Source: Eledone cirrhosa
Lineage: Eukaryota
Reading direction: 5' to 3'
DNA length: 64,000 bases
Assembly: GCA_964016885.1 (NCBI GenBank)
Contig: OZ024760.1
Span: 24,738,001 to 24,802,000 of the forward strand
Each line of letters opens with the position of its first letter. The first letter of the stretch is position 1. Made by a program: the position numbers and the translations under genes. Below are positions 42,906 to 57,649 of this stretch, piece after piece. The notes below the pieces were generated by a model, which worked only from the letters and a program-made list of their open reading frames with translations, made no database searches and was not told the origin of the DNA.

Positions 42906-42965
42906 TTGTGAGAATAGATGTATATATATAGAGAGATATAAATTGAGATATATACACGTATATAT
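42235..42965. repeat. Nested palindrome in AT-rich DNA
   Basis: Arms mirror about ~42605 (e.g. ATACAAGTATTAACATATAGACACAGATTCAAGTAAATT versus its reverse complement), and each arm has an internal CATCTATTCTCACAAGCA/TGCTTGTGAGAATAGATG inverted pair. Confidence 0.85.
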
Positions 42966-43420
42966 ATATATATATACACATACATATATATATATATGGA
43001 GAGAGATAGAGAGAGATAATTACAGAATAATACACGTCACACACACACATACACACATATATATATATATATATTTACAATCACACATACACACATATAC
43101 ATATTTATTCAATCTATCTTCAATCTATTTGCCTATTTATTCCAATATGCTTTCTTATAAAACAAAAAGAAATTGAAAATCATTAAATGGCGTCTTTGCG
43201 TTTCGAGAACACTTTATCAGATTTGGGGAAATTAATATTTAGATTTCTTCAGAAATGATTTTATTTTTACTTATAGAATTCTGACGGTTTTTCTCTTTAT
43301 ACAATTATATTTTTTACTCTATTTTCATCGTACCATTTCTTCACATGCCTGCAAATTTATTTCTTTTTTATTAATAATGAAGCGACAAAATTATATATAT
43401 ACACACACACACAGACACAA

Positions 43421-43488
<68 letters not shown>

Positions 43489-43511
43489 ATGTGTGTGTCG
43501 GTGAGTATTAC

Positions 43512-43630
<119 letters not shown>

Positions 43631-43706
43631 CAAGTATATATTACGTATATATTTATATATATATTTATATATGAATATATATATGAATGTGTATATATAT
43701 ATGTAA

Positions 43707-43743
<37 letters not shown>

Positions 43744-43887
43744 TATATGAATATATATATATGTGTGTGTATGTATATAATATGTATATATATATGTATA
43801 CATATATATATGTATGTATAGATATATGTGTATATATATATGTATATATGTATGTATTATATATATGAATACATACATACACACATA

Positions 43888-44000
<113 letters not shown>

Positions 44001-44045
44001 GTATGTATACACAAACACGCACACACACACACACATATATATATA

Positions 44046-44088
<43 letters not shown>

Positions 44089-44787
44089 GCATATGTGGTG
44101 CACATCCTAACCAAATGTTATCCTCCTGTCGATGCATGTGTTTTTATGAGAAAGCTAGAGCAGGTATGTAACTTAACGGTTACCGAGATTGGACCCACTC
44201 ATCAAAATGACAGGAGCTCGATTTATAGAAGTGCTTCGTATTCTTGAGCAAGTTAAATTATGAAACTTTTCTCCAATATACTGAAGATGCATAAGTTGCG
44301 TTCTATTAGGAATTTGAATGGCCTTTCCATACAATATGCTACGCTGAGTTTCAATGAGAACTATGTTAATTGCACACATTTCTGAGGAAGTTCCAACATA
44401 TAGTAAATATATTTTGAAGATATTAAACGATGGTTGATGTCGTTTAGGTAATTATGGTGGTGATAAAGAGAGAGAGACAAAGAGGGAGAGAGAGAGAGAG
44501 AAACAGAGAGTGAGACTGATAATGTGTAGGAAAATGGGAAAAGAAGGGAGGGTAAGAAGTGGCCAAATGATATTAATTACAAGAGTGTAATGGTGTACCT
44601 ATCACGAATCATCATGTGTGCGTGTATGTCTTTCGAATGTGCAATGCATGTATGCATATTTTTACACACATACACATATTTGTACACACACACATCCATA
44701 TATACATATATACATATTGAGCCTTAATAGCATACACACACATACGCGTGTGTAAATATATGTATATATGCATATACACTAACACCC

Positions 44788-44883
<96 letters not shown>

Positions 44884-44967
44884 TTACAATATATAATATA
44901 TATATTTTTAATATATATATATCCATATATATATATATTCATATATATATATATACATATATATATA

Positions 44968-45081
<114 letters not shown>

Positions 45082-45082
45082 G

Positions 45083-45207
<125 letters not shown>

Positions 45208-45237
45208 GTTATATATATATATATATATATATATAGT

Positions 45238-45273
<36 letters not shown>

Positions 45274-45596
45274 CTTGTGTATTATGTAAATACAACATTA
45301 ATATCCACAAGAAATATATTACAAAAGAAATCGTGAGATCTATTTACATAATGATTTGTAATATTTTCATAAATCTGAAATTTAATTATATTTTCTCCAA
45401 TGCAAGTTATTTAAAATAATATGTGAAGGATATCTGGATTGTAAAGTTATTAAAATGAAATAAAAACACAAGAAAAAAATAACAACCGTAAAAAATAATA
45501 TAAATATGAAATAAAATGAAGGATTACTGAATTTGAAAATTATTAAAGAAAGAATGAATTATGAAATAGAATATGAAATTTTACTACAACATTTTA

Positions 45597-45659
<63 letters not shown>

Positions 45660-45864
45660 CACACACATACATATATATATATATACACATACATATATAT
45701 ATATATGTGTGTGTGTACACAGACACATACACACATATATATATATATGTATATGTATATATATGTGTATGTATATAACATGTTTAATAATATATATATG
45801 ATTATATAATATATATAATATATATATATAACTATGAATACATATATATATACATATATATATG

Positions 45865-45904
<40 letters not shown>

Positions 45905-45943
45905 CATATATGTATATATACATATGTACATATATGTATATAT

Positions 45944-46039
<96 letters not shown>

Positions 46040-46419
46040 TATATACACAATATATTTTATTATGATATATATATAATATTTTTAATATTTTATACATTAT
46101 AATATAATATAAAATAAAATAAAAACAAAACAAGACATTAATGAATTATTTCTGGATTTGAAAATTATCGAGAAAATTAATTAAAAGGCTTAACAAAACA
46201 GAATAAAGATAGAATCAATCTTACGTCTTGGCCATACATATTTTAATGCTACTTTTATCGAACTCTGCTTTTACACAATGAAAGATGGCTACTTTTGATA
46301 ATTGTTATGATATAACACCATTAAGTGCATATCGTCTCATTAGCTTTGTATTTCAGTGGTTTCATTAGCTTAATAGTTCAATAGTTTACTCCTTTACTCT
46401 GCCACGCTTTGTGTTCAAT

Positions 46420-46985
46420 GGGGTCTGCGACAGGACTGCATTGTTGCTGCTACTAAGCTGTGTTAGGGCTGCAACAGATCTGCGACAGGTCTGCGATATG
46501 GCTGCGATAAGGCTGCGACAGGGCTGCAATGGTGCTGTCACTATGCTGTGGTAGGGCTGCGACAGAGCTGCAATGGTGCTGCCACTATGCTGTGGTAGGG
46601 CTGCGACAGGGCTGCAATGGTGCTGCAAAAGGTCTGCGATAGGGCTGTAACATCGCTGCAATGTTGTTGCGAGTATGCTGTGGTAGGGCTGAAATTGTGC
46701 TGCGACGGGTCTGCGATAGGGCTGCAATGGTGCTGCAAAAGGTCTGCGATAGGGCTGTAACATCGCTGCAATGTTGTTGCGAGTATGCTGTGGTAGGGCT
46801 GAAATTGTGCTGCGACGGGTCTGCGATAGGGCTGCAATAGTGCTACGAAAGGTCTGCGATAGGGCTGTAACAGGGCTGCAATGTATGCAATGGCTGCGAG
46901 TATGCTGTGGTAGGGCTGAAATTGTGCTGCGGCGGGTCTGCGATAAGGCTGCAATAGGGCTGCAATGGTGCTGTGACAGGTCTGG
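46420..46985 (+). repeat. GC-rich 11-bp-subunit minisatellite with a 110-bp higher-order unit
   Basis: GCTGCAAT(G/A)G at 46611, 46721 and 46831. Subunits read GCTGCAATGGT/GCTGCAAAAGG/TCTGCGATAGG/GCTGTAACATC... Confidence 0.85.
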
Positions 46986-47235
46986 TGAAGGCAACTCAGG
47001 AAACTGGGATAACTCCGATACAAAACCTGCTTCTCAGTAGTTACTGATGATGTTGACCTTTTCTTCTTTTCGGGCTAAAACTACTGTCGTTCAGAGAGTG
47101 GGATTGGCTCAGTACACAGTCTTTCCTCACTTTAAAAAAATCTTTACGCACAGGCATTGCAGGATAGCATTAATTGATAACTATTAATAATGTTATTATA
47201 TTGTGCACTCGATAACGAGGGGGCGACCATTATTG

Positions 47236-47418
47236 ATTGGCAGTATCGGTAGAGGATCGGACGCCATGCTTTCCAGCATAGTTACGTCCCTTTACGATCT
47301 GAGTTCAAATCCCGCCGAGGTTGACTTTGCCTTTCATCCTTACGGGGTTGATAAAATAAAGTGCCAGTAATGCACTGGGTAATTGCTGGCCTTGTGCCTA
47401 AAGTAGAAACAATTATTA
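47236..47418 (+). mobile_element. SINE family A, near-consensus
   Basis: A-box, B-box GAGTTCAAATCCC, core and tail. Confidence 0.92.
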
Positions 47419-47582
47419 TTTTATTCTGTATGTATGTATGTATGTAAGTACGTATGTGTGTATATATATGTATATGTGTGTATTTATATATATATATATT
47501 ATGTATGTATGTAAGTACGTATGTGTGTATATATATGTATATGTGTGTATTTTTATATATATTATGTATGTATGTAAGTACG

Positions 47583-47658
<76 letters not shown>

Positions 47659-47902
47659 AATATCTATGTATTTATGCATAGACATGTAACTCCAGATGGA
47701 GATTTAGGGGCTCCGTGGTATTATATATAATGTAAATAGAACAATATTGGAACAAAAATGAGAAATAGGGGAGCTGGAATAATCATGGCGAAGGTCACAG
47801 AAGCTGTGATGAAAGACTTTTTAACAATTAACAATTAACAATTAAGCAACAACTCAATTAAATAAACCAACCCATGGATGGATTAGTTAATTAAGGAATA
47901 AA

Positions 47903-48383
47903 GATTTCTACTTTAGGCACAAGTCCATTAATTTTAGGAGGTAGGGAAAGTCGATTAAATCGACCCCTGGGCATTAGTGGTGCTTTAATTTTTCGGCCCC
48001 GTTAGAATGAAAGGCAAAGCCAACCTCGGTGGGGTTTGAACTCAGATCGTAAAGGGCCGCAACCCTATGCAACACAGCATGTTGTCCGTCGCTCTATCGA
48101 TACTGTACAAGGTCAAGAATTTTCTAGAAGGTAAAGTCGATATTATAACCCGCCGTTCATTACAGGTACTTTATTTCATCGACCCCGTAAGGATGAAATA
48201 GTAATAATTGTTTCTACTTTGGGCACAATTACCCCAGTGTATTACTGGTACTTTATTTCATCGACCCCGTAAAGATGAAAGGCAAAGTTAACCTCAGCGG
48301 GATTTGAACTCAGAATGGCAAGGGCCGTAACTCTATGCGTCAAAGCATGGCGTCCGACCCTCTACCGACATTGCCAATCCACC
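47903..48383 (-). mobile_element. Cluster of about 3 SINE family A-related copies/fragments
   Basis: Repeated reverse cores and TTTGAACTCAG. Confidence 0.8.
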
Positions 48384-48424
48384 AACGTGAAATAATAATA
48401 CTGATGATGATGATAATGATGGTG

Positions 48425-48624
48425 NNNNNNNNNNNNNNNNNNNNNNNNNNNNNNNNNNNNNNNNNNNNNNNNNNNNNNNNNNNNNNNNNNNNNNNNNNNN
48501 NNNNNNNNNNNNNNNNNNNNNNNNNNNNNNNNNNNNNNNNNNNNNNNNNNNNNNNNNNNNNNNNNNNNNNNNNNNNNNNNNNNNNNNNNNNNNNNNNNNN
48601 NNNNNNNNNNNNNNNNNNNNNNNN
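48425..48624. other. Assembly gap (200 N)
   Basis: Run of N; a round length suggests a scaffold join of unknown true size. Confidence 0.99.
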
Positions 48625-49086
48625 TTTATCTGTCTCTGTATGTGTGTGCGTGTTAAAATATAGTGCTTAACTATATCAGAATAGAAGGGAGAACACGTTT
48701 ACATTGTAAGCCATGGGTCAGTTTTATAAATCTGAATAGTCATTGGGGAGCATGGCCACAAATATTCAGAACAAAGAGAGAATGATAACTTACACTAGCT
48801 ATCTAAATAAAACAGACCAGGAATCTCCTATGAATCTCGTAACAGAGACGAAATAGTTCAGAACAATTATATTATTTTCTTGTCCACTGTAACATATAAA
48901 ACTGTTTAATTCATATGAAATCATTATGACATTTCTGATGGTAACATACCTATCAAACGTTTGTAAACCAGTAGAAAATTATTTCTTTATGAAATGAATA
49001 TGAATTTTCTCTACTAATGCAATGGTTATTTTAATTAATAAAACTTTGTTTTCAGTTCGATCCCCTTTGGAAAACCATTCATGATT

Positions 49087-49155
<69 letters not shown>

Positions 49156-49172
49156 TCTCTCTTCTCTCTCTT

Positions 49173-49227
<55 letters not shown>

Positions 49228-49281
49228 TCTCTCTGTATCTATATATCTCTCTCTCTATCTATATATCTCTCTCTCTATATA

Positions 49282-49373
<92 letters not shown>

Positions 49374-49374
49374 C

Positions 49375-49435
<61 letters not shown>

Positions 49436-49754
49436 GCGAGTCTAGATGTTAAAAGGTACCTGAGGAGCTTCCGTTTTCAGACTCAGGTTCGCTCATTAAT
49501 ACATCGTTCCTCGAGCTGATCGACAGTGAAACATATGTAATATGAAATTGAATATGTATAAGATGCAACACTAATGCTTGCTACCGAAGGTTTCAAAGCC
49601 TTATATAGTATAGATCAGATAGACATTATATATGCTAATGTTGGTTATCTTCTAGGCAAACCTAATCTGGGATGTATGTACGTATTCTAAAAAAACAGAC
49701 GGTGGAACGTAAAGATTAATTCGCACAAGGTGAAACCACTGGTCCTGTGGTAGG

Positions 49755-50440
49755 CACACCCCTCTTTTGTCATATGTGTCGTAAACCATATAGATCTACA
49801 GCTGACTTACAAAGTCCTCTATGAAGTCCCACAGGGTGACACCCCCACCGATTCTGTAGAAAACACACCTCTATTCTGTCATCTGTGTCGTAAACCATAC
49901 AGATCTACAGCTGGCTTACAAAGTCCTCTATAAAGTCCCACATGGTGACCCCTACCTATTCTGTAGAAAACACACCTCTCTTCTGTCATCTGTGTCGTAA
50001 ACCATACAGATCTACAGCTGGCTTACAAAAGTCCTCTATAAAGTCCCACATGGTGACCCCTACCTATTCTGTGGAAAACACACCTCTCTTCTGTCATCTG
50101 TGTCGTAAACCATACAGATCTACAGCTGGCTTAGAAAGTCCTCTATAAAAGTCCCACATGGTGACCCCTACCTATTCTGTAGAAAAACACACCTCTCTTC
50201 TCTCATCTGTGTTGTAAACCATACAGATCTACAAGCTGGCTTAGAAAGTCCTCTATAAAGTCCCACATGGTGACCCCTACCTATTCTGTAGAAAACACAC
50301 CTCTCTTCTGTCATCTCTGTCGTAAACCATGCAGGTCTACAGCTGGCTTACAAAATCATCTACGAGGTTATGAACGCAGATCGAATGATAACAAAGAATC
50401 AATAAGAGACAGCAATTGTCTGCGAAGACGCTGCAATCTT
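49755..50440 (+). repeat. ~108-bp tandem repeat (6 units) encoding degenerate C2H2 zinc fingers, probably an RTE LINE C-terminus
   Basis: Each unit encodes PLFCHLCRKPYRSTAGL; the last reads CHLCRKPCRSTAGLQNHLRGY. Frameshifts occur between units. Confidence 0.7.
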
Positions 50441-51162
50441 CATATATATATATATGTATATATGTATGTATGTATATGTGTATGTATGTATGTATGTATG
50501 TATGTAAGTATGTATGTATGTATGTATGTATGTATATGTATGTATAGGGCAAAGGAGCTCTTAAGAGTCAATGGCCATCCAAAATCACTGGGAGAGATGA
50601 CCCTTAGCCTTTGTCAAGGAGAAGGAAAACTCTGATATAACACCTGCAACCCTGATGGTATCCAATGATGTTGACTTGTTCTTCTTTTTGGTAAATATCA
50701 TCTTGGTTAAGAGAGTGGGACTGGCTTTGTGCAGTGCTTTGCTCACTATAAAAGCTTCACGGCACAGGCATTGCTTTATATCTGGAGATATCTCTGCACT
50801 TGTCGTCACATGGTACCATGGGCCCTGCATTATGTGTCAATAATTGTCACAAGTGTAGTGTTTGTACCAGAGTTTTCAAGTCGCTGGCTGGACTAAAAAG
50901 TCACACTCGTTCAGTGCATCGGTAGGGGTTGTCCTACATGGATATAAAGTAGTGGCCGTACTCGAAAACGAGTTGGCAGCCACCATATGTGTATGTATGT
51001 GTGTATATTTATATTTTTGAAAAAGAGAAGAACGACTTCACTGTTGATTGGCATTCTTTAATAATTAAAATCTTTACACTAATAAGTCTTTATTGATAAC
51101 CAGAACTAATATCAGTAACGACTTACTGTAGAGTTTTAATTTTTAAAGAACACCAATATATG

Positions 51163-51195
<33 letters not shown>

Positions 51196-51482
51196 GTGTG
51201 TGTGAGTTTATGTGTGTGTGTATGTAAAAGGTAAACAGAAATAAAAAAAACAAGCAGCACAGTACGTGGAAGGAATATATTAGTTTAACGTTTGAAACAG
51301 TAGGAAGAGAGTGTTAATGTCTCGGACGCTAATCCTTCATCAGAAGAAAAAAAATGAGGAATTAAATAAGAATAGAAAGATTGAAGAGACGGACAGGGCG
51401 GGAATGGAAAATCATTTTCTAATTAAGATTCATTCATTTTCTCATCTCTTGTATATATATATATATATATGTATGTATATAT

Positions 51483-51740
51483 ATCACCTTGACCGACCAG
51501 TCTGTCGGGCGCCAATCGGCGCCGCTGGTCACAGCACCTCCTGTTGTGTTAGCCATAAGATAACGCCATCGCACTGGCAGGGCGGGAAGGCCGGGTACTC
51601 ATTTTTACAGCTGAGTAACTTGGAGCAACGTGAAATAAAGTGTCTTGCTCAAGGGAACAACACATTCCCCGGTCAGAGAATTGAACTCACAACCTTTCGA
51701 TTGCAAGCCCAATAGTCTAACCACTAAACCATGCGCCTTC
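51483..51740 (-). mobile_element. SINE family B, long copy
   Basis: tRNA-like head, CORE-like CCCTTGAGCAAGACACTTTATTTCAC, and CTCAGCTGTAAAAATGAGTACC on the minus strand. Confidence 0.8.
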
Positions 51741-51941
51741 ACACACACACACATATATATATATATGTATAGAGAGAGCGGGAGAGAGGTAGAGAGAGAG
51801 AAATAGATAGATAGATCGATAGATATTTCTATGTTCACGTGCCATACCTCTTCCAAGACTAGGACACTTTATTCTGAGAACACCTCGAATAGAAAAACTC
51901 GGAAATGTTCGTCTGTAAAGAATACACACTTTGTAGATGTA

Positions 51942-51981
<40 letters not shown>

Positions 51982-52219
51982 TAAGAATCAAAGAACTGTT
52001 CAAAACAATAATGTTTTGAACAGTGTTTTGAACAGTTCTTTGATTCTTATATTTCATATAACTGCTCTGTAAATCATCTGATGTTTTTACATTGAGCTAC
52101 TTAACTTACTGGTAATAAGGTAGTAATACATTACTGCCTTCCACTATTTAGGGTGTGTGTAAAATACTTACAACTGCTTAAGGTTTTGTGTTTACATAAC
52201 CATAAATAGTATAACTAAT

Positions 52220-52272
<53 letters not shown>

Positions 52273-52350
52273 TACATATATGTGTGTATTTGTGTATGTA
52301 TGAACGCATATATGTAGAAATATATGTGTATTTATATATTCATATATCTG

Positions 52351-52398
<48 letters not shown>

Positions 52399-52438
52399 AA
52401 TTCCTATCATTATATATAAACACACACACACACACACG

Positions 52439-52477
<39 letters not shown>

Positions 52478-52908
52478 TTGATGTTGTAGTAGATGTTGAT
52501 AAATGTGTATAGTTCTAAATACCCTACCGCGCCAGCATGCATATTATTTCTCCTTTATTTTTATTCACCAACTGGAATATTGGCAGAACAATAGACAACA
52601 CACGCATTGATGTATGAGTTTTCTTAAGACGAAGCTCTTTTTGATGTGAAACTACAAAAGACATCTCCAGAACAACAGGCAAACATATTTGGATGAAGTC
52701 TAGGCATTTGGAACGGGCCAACTAAAAACATCACACACATCGTTGGTAAACAACTGAACTACTATAGGAACTTTAAAGAAATTGTCTAAGATCACAACGG
52801 AAAAATATTTTAAAAGCAGCTGAGATGACGGGTAAACATCCATGTTGTTTGCATGTGATGGCACGAAAAGTAGAAAGTAGAAAATCGTTATATATGTGTG
52901 TGTGTATA

Positions 52909-52965
<57 letters not shown>

Positions 52966-53236
52966 ATTTATATATATATATGTATATATATATACAAACA
53001 TATATATATATACATACATATATATGTATATATATACTCATATATATATACATATATGCCCCCCTCCCTAAGAAAGACAAGACAGAACAAAGGCATACAC
53101 GAACACACACACACATATATATATATGTAATGTTAGAGAATTTGTGGCAATCCTTTAAAGAAACTGCAATGAACTGCCTCATAAAGAAATGCAATGTAGA
53201 AAGTCTTATTCTCTATTCGTTCCATTATTATTATGA

Positions 53237-53409
53237 CGGATCAGACGCCATGCTTTCCATCATAGTTACGTCCCTTTACGATCTGAGTTCAAATCCGCCG
53301 ACGTTAACTTTGCCTTTCATCCTTACGGGGTCGATAAAGTCAAGTACCAGTAATGCACTGGATATTTGCTGGCCTTGTGCTAAAGTAGACACAATTATTA
53401 TTATTATTA

Positions 53410-53440
<31 letters not shown>
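53237..53440 (+). mobile_element. SINE family A with (ATT)n tail
   Basis: B-box, core and tail. Confidence 0.85.
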
Positions 53441-54083
53441 GCAATTATTCATCGCGGTCTCGTTGTTGCATTTGTAGTTGTAGCTGTTATTGTTGTTGTC
53501 GCATCCATGTCCAACACTATAGTTTGTTCACTAGTTGTTATTGTAATTGTAGTATGTTGTTGTTGGTCTTGTTTTTGTTGCTTTTGTGGTTTGCAAGAAA
53601 TTGATTTTGAATATTTTTCTATTGCTGTATTCCTTTGAAGTTCATCTATGAAATAATTACTTCCATTTTATTTTTACCCAACAATGATTACGTCACTTCA
53701 TTGGAACCTCTCAATATACGTTGTCTACCATTTTGTTATCATTCACAGCGAGTTTATTCGTCATTTTCTATGTTGTTTATGTCTTTTTCAAAGTTTTTCT
53801 TCTCTGTATAATATTTCGCCATCATAGAATTATATATGACTAGAAATTTAATAGATGTGGCCATGTTCAAGAGTTCTTTAAGAAATGTTATCTTGTCTTT
53901 AAGTTCGGGCATATTTTTCTTTTAAAAATCTGTTTAGATCTCATATTCACGGCGTGTCTTTTATTCCGTTTGCTGTGCGTCTTGTTATTGAGTGTTCATG
54001 TGTGTGTGGATGTGTGTGGGTGGTGAATTGCGCATATATGTATGTGTGTGTGTATTTGTGCGTTACATAATTTATATATACAT

Positions 54084-54178
<95 letters not shown>

Positions 54179-54287
54179 TATATGACTATATATATATACA
54201 TATATATATGACTATATATATATACATATATATATGACTATATATATTATACATATATATATGACTATATATATATATATACATATA

Positions 54288-54374
<87 letters not shown>

Positions 54375-54376
54375 TA

Positions 54377-54655
54377 TACTGATTAATGTTCAGAGCCATC
54401 CTCAGCATTCTCGTGTAGCACCCATCCACCATCTGAGTGAGTCTCTTGGTCAGTGTCCAAGTCTCAGACCCATACAGCAGCACAGACTCCACTACAGCAA
54501 TGAAGAGGCGGACTTTCAGGTCTCTACGAAGGTCCGACTTCCACACCGATCTCAAGCTGTGACACGCCGCCCAGGCCTTGCTCTTCCTCTCAACCACATC
54601 ATCTTCCGTATTCCCAATCTTTGCTCCCAAATACAGGAAGTCCTCAACCAATTCC
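54377..54655 (-). mobile_element. RTE-clade LINE ORF2 fragment (RT C-terminal/thumb region)
   Basis: VEDFLYLG...KAWAACHSL..VWKS...RLFIAVVESVLLYGSETWTLTK....[13 protein letters not shown]. Confidence 0.9.
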
Positions 54656-54760
54656 AGCGAATATATCTACACATTATATGTTTAAAATTCAATCACAAGT
54701 TAGCACAAAACAATGGGCACCTACTTGAATTGGTATATATATATATGCATATATTATATA

Positions 54761-54957
54761 GGGTCGGACGCCATGCTTTCCAGCATAGTTACGTCTCTTT
54801 ACGATCTGAGTTCAAATCCCGCCGAACGTCTCTTTACGATCTGAGTTCAAATCCCGCCGAGGTTGACTTTACCTTTCATCCTTACGGGGTCGATAAAATA
54901 AAGTACCAGTAATGTACTGGCTAATTGCTGGCCCTGTGCCAAAAGTAGTAACAATTA
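54761..54957 (+). mobile_element. SINE family A with an internal duplication of the B-box segment
   Basis: ACGTCTCTTTACGATCTGAGTTCAAATCCCGCCGA occurs twice in tandem. Confidence 0.88.
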
Positions 54958-55191
54958 TATATATATATATATATGTGTGTGAATCCGAAATATATAGGGA
55001 CAATTAAATCTCTCCCAACCTCTCTGCGCGGGGTTCAGTCCTCTCTATATATATATATATCGACGCAGAAAAAGAAGAAGACGAGGAGGAGGTGGAAGGG
55101 GGAGGTGTAGGTATTTAATTACATAATATCAATATATACTATTTTTACATTTTTTAATCAGTCTGTTGAGTTGGAATAAAAAGACTTGAAG

Positions 55192-55235
<44 letters not shown>

Positions 55236-55239
55236 CTTT

Positions 55240-56000
55240 GATAACTTCCGGCCAGTATTGGCCCAGGCGATGTCTAACTTAATAGCACCACCTGGCGAAG
55301 ACTTACAAATCAGTGTTTGGGTACCATGGCCCACTGGAGCAGAGAGTTATTGTTTACGGAGGCATATCCGGGTGTAGGAGACTTATCCGGGATTTCTTGA
55401 AGGAATTTATCCAAAGACTTCTTGAACTTGATGGGGTCGGTTTCTGCTTTGATGTGTTTTGGTGTAATGTTAAAGAGTGCAGGGTCAATTAAGGTGAAAT
55501 AATTGTGCCGTATTGTTGTTATGTGATGCGATTGGGATTTTTGTCGTGGCGGATAGCACGGGGCCCAAGACTTGGGTGTACACTAAAGGTGATGCCAACA
55601 TCATTTGGGCAAAGCTGATGGAATATTTTCTACATCATACAGATAATGTTGCGCTCACGGCGACGTTGAAGAGAATACAGTTTGAGCTTTTCTAATCGAC
55701 TCCAATAGTCAAGGCCTGTCATGACATCTATCTTTTTGTAATTGACCTTTGAGGTGCTTCAACTTTCATGATACTTTGTTTCGTGTGGGGTGACCACAGT
55801 GGACAACAGTATTCAAGGTGGGGTCGGGCAAAAGTGGAGAAGAGAAGGACAACAGTGTGGTTATCTCTCGACTGGAAAGTTCTGAGAAACCAGGAACACA
55901 TTCTGCGGGCCATATCAACTTTGATGTTTATATGAGTGGCCCAGCTTATATTGTTGCCCACAATTACTCCCAGGTCTCTGATGTTATTGGAAGCCACTAC
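55240..56000 (-). mobile_element. CR1-group LINE 3' fragment (ORF2 C-terminus)
   Basis: IRDLGVIV...SWATHI...RPHLEYCCPLWSPH....E..QR..TK, and downstream ALFNITP...FKKSLDKFLQEIPD...GY...NNSL. Confidence 0.85.
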
Positions 56001-56014
56001 ATATATATACACAC

Positions 56015-56105
<91 letters not shown>

Positions 56106-57649
56106 AACCAGTAAGACCCCGACAGCCGAGCTCAAGCCGTTTCGACGGCTAATTCTGGACTAAATGAACATTTATCCTGGTATTTAAATAGCCGATCTTC
56201 TCAAGGGGTAATTCCATATATGGTCAAAGTGATTGTCAAAAATCAGTAGTAATTCTGTGGTTGCAAATTAGTAGGGGAGATGGTGGCTAAACCTGCCAGT
56301 AGGAGAAAGAGGGGAGAGGGTGGAGTAGACCCAATCAAGCGTTGGTAGTGCCAGCTACAGCTGGGCATGAGGTCAAAGAAGATACAGGGGAGGGGGAGGG
56401 GGAGGAAGTCGGAACGGTAGGTAGAACAATGGGGGGTAGAAATAGGAAAGAAAAAATACTGAGAGTGAAGGAAAGCAAATAAGTGTAAAGAAAAAATTAA
56501 ATTCTACGACCTAGGTGTCAGGCTATTGTTAGGCGAGAATAAAATAAAGAAAGAAAGAAAGAAGTAAATAAATAAATAAATAAATAAATAAGGAAATAAG
56601 TATAGAACTAGGTGGGACGAATTAGGCAAGGACCCTTTTAAGAGGTATAAGTACGTAAATGATACGGTGACTGGTCAACAAAAGGGGCCAAAATACTAAA
56701 GAGACTACCACGAAATAAACAATAAAGGTTTCCATCCCGGGCCAGCAACGACCCAGTGCAGCAAAGTGAACTTGTACGACATAATAATTCTGAGTCCCGA
56801 GAAAAATATATACTAATGCTAACTCTAAAAGATCTAAAACAAGCTACATGAAAGTTCGTACGAAATAAAGGTAGAATACGGAGAAATAAGTTCAGAATCC
56901 ACCCCGCCCAGAAGAAAAGCGAAGCAAGAAATACTGAAACGAAAAAAATAAGGCATAAGTGCCACTAAGAAATATAGAGGGCACAGAGAATAGTGGGAGC
57001 GGTCGGAAAAGGGGGGCAAGTATCCGGGGTCTAAGCCAACTGCTATAAAGGGCGGAGTCCGCCAAATCTATCAAAGACTAGGGGAGGGGGGAGTGGGGGT
57101 ACTAAGGCTACATGGGGCCAAAGGGCAGCCTCGGGTGGGCGAGAAAAGACGCCGACAAAGGAGAAGAGCTGGGGTAGAAGGACAAAGGAGAGAGGGGGGA
57201 AGGAAATAAAGGATGCGATAAATGAATACAAAGAAGATCTTACGTCTTCCTTGGCAAGCAGGGGTTACCCATTGCAAAATCGGCAACTGGGGTGTTATAG
57301 CCCTAGTCTACCCCCCCGGGTCATTATGGGGTTTGAGGGCGAGGTAAGTCCTACGCAATCTATGTTTACATGCAGTAACCAGTTCATCTTTCTTGTTTAG
57401 GAGTTGGTCCGTCGAAAACAGCATTTGTAAAGTTTCCTCCGAGCATAAATTGCACGGACGGCGTCCTCCCGTGTAAGAATTGGCTCTGGACAGTAATCTC
57501 CAAGTGAGATCATAGGTGATGTTGTTGTCCTTGAGGTCCCATATGTGGCCCGAAAGTGTAGTGGCGTGACGCCGGGCCGGGTTTCGGAAGGTATGTCTAT
57601 GTTGGTATAGCCGGGTCTTGAAGTCACATGCGGTAAGTCCTATAGTAGT

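Noticed and set aside
46386-47023. 202-aa and 160-aa ORFs
   Set aside because: They derive from the 110-bp repeat, whose period is not a multiple of 3, so the peptide phases rotate between frames.
51310-51347. Minus-strand CUGAUGA..GAGA hammerhead-like motif
   Set aside because: GAAA is mutated and stem I does not pair; too degenerate to call.
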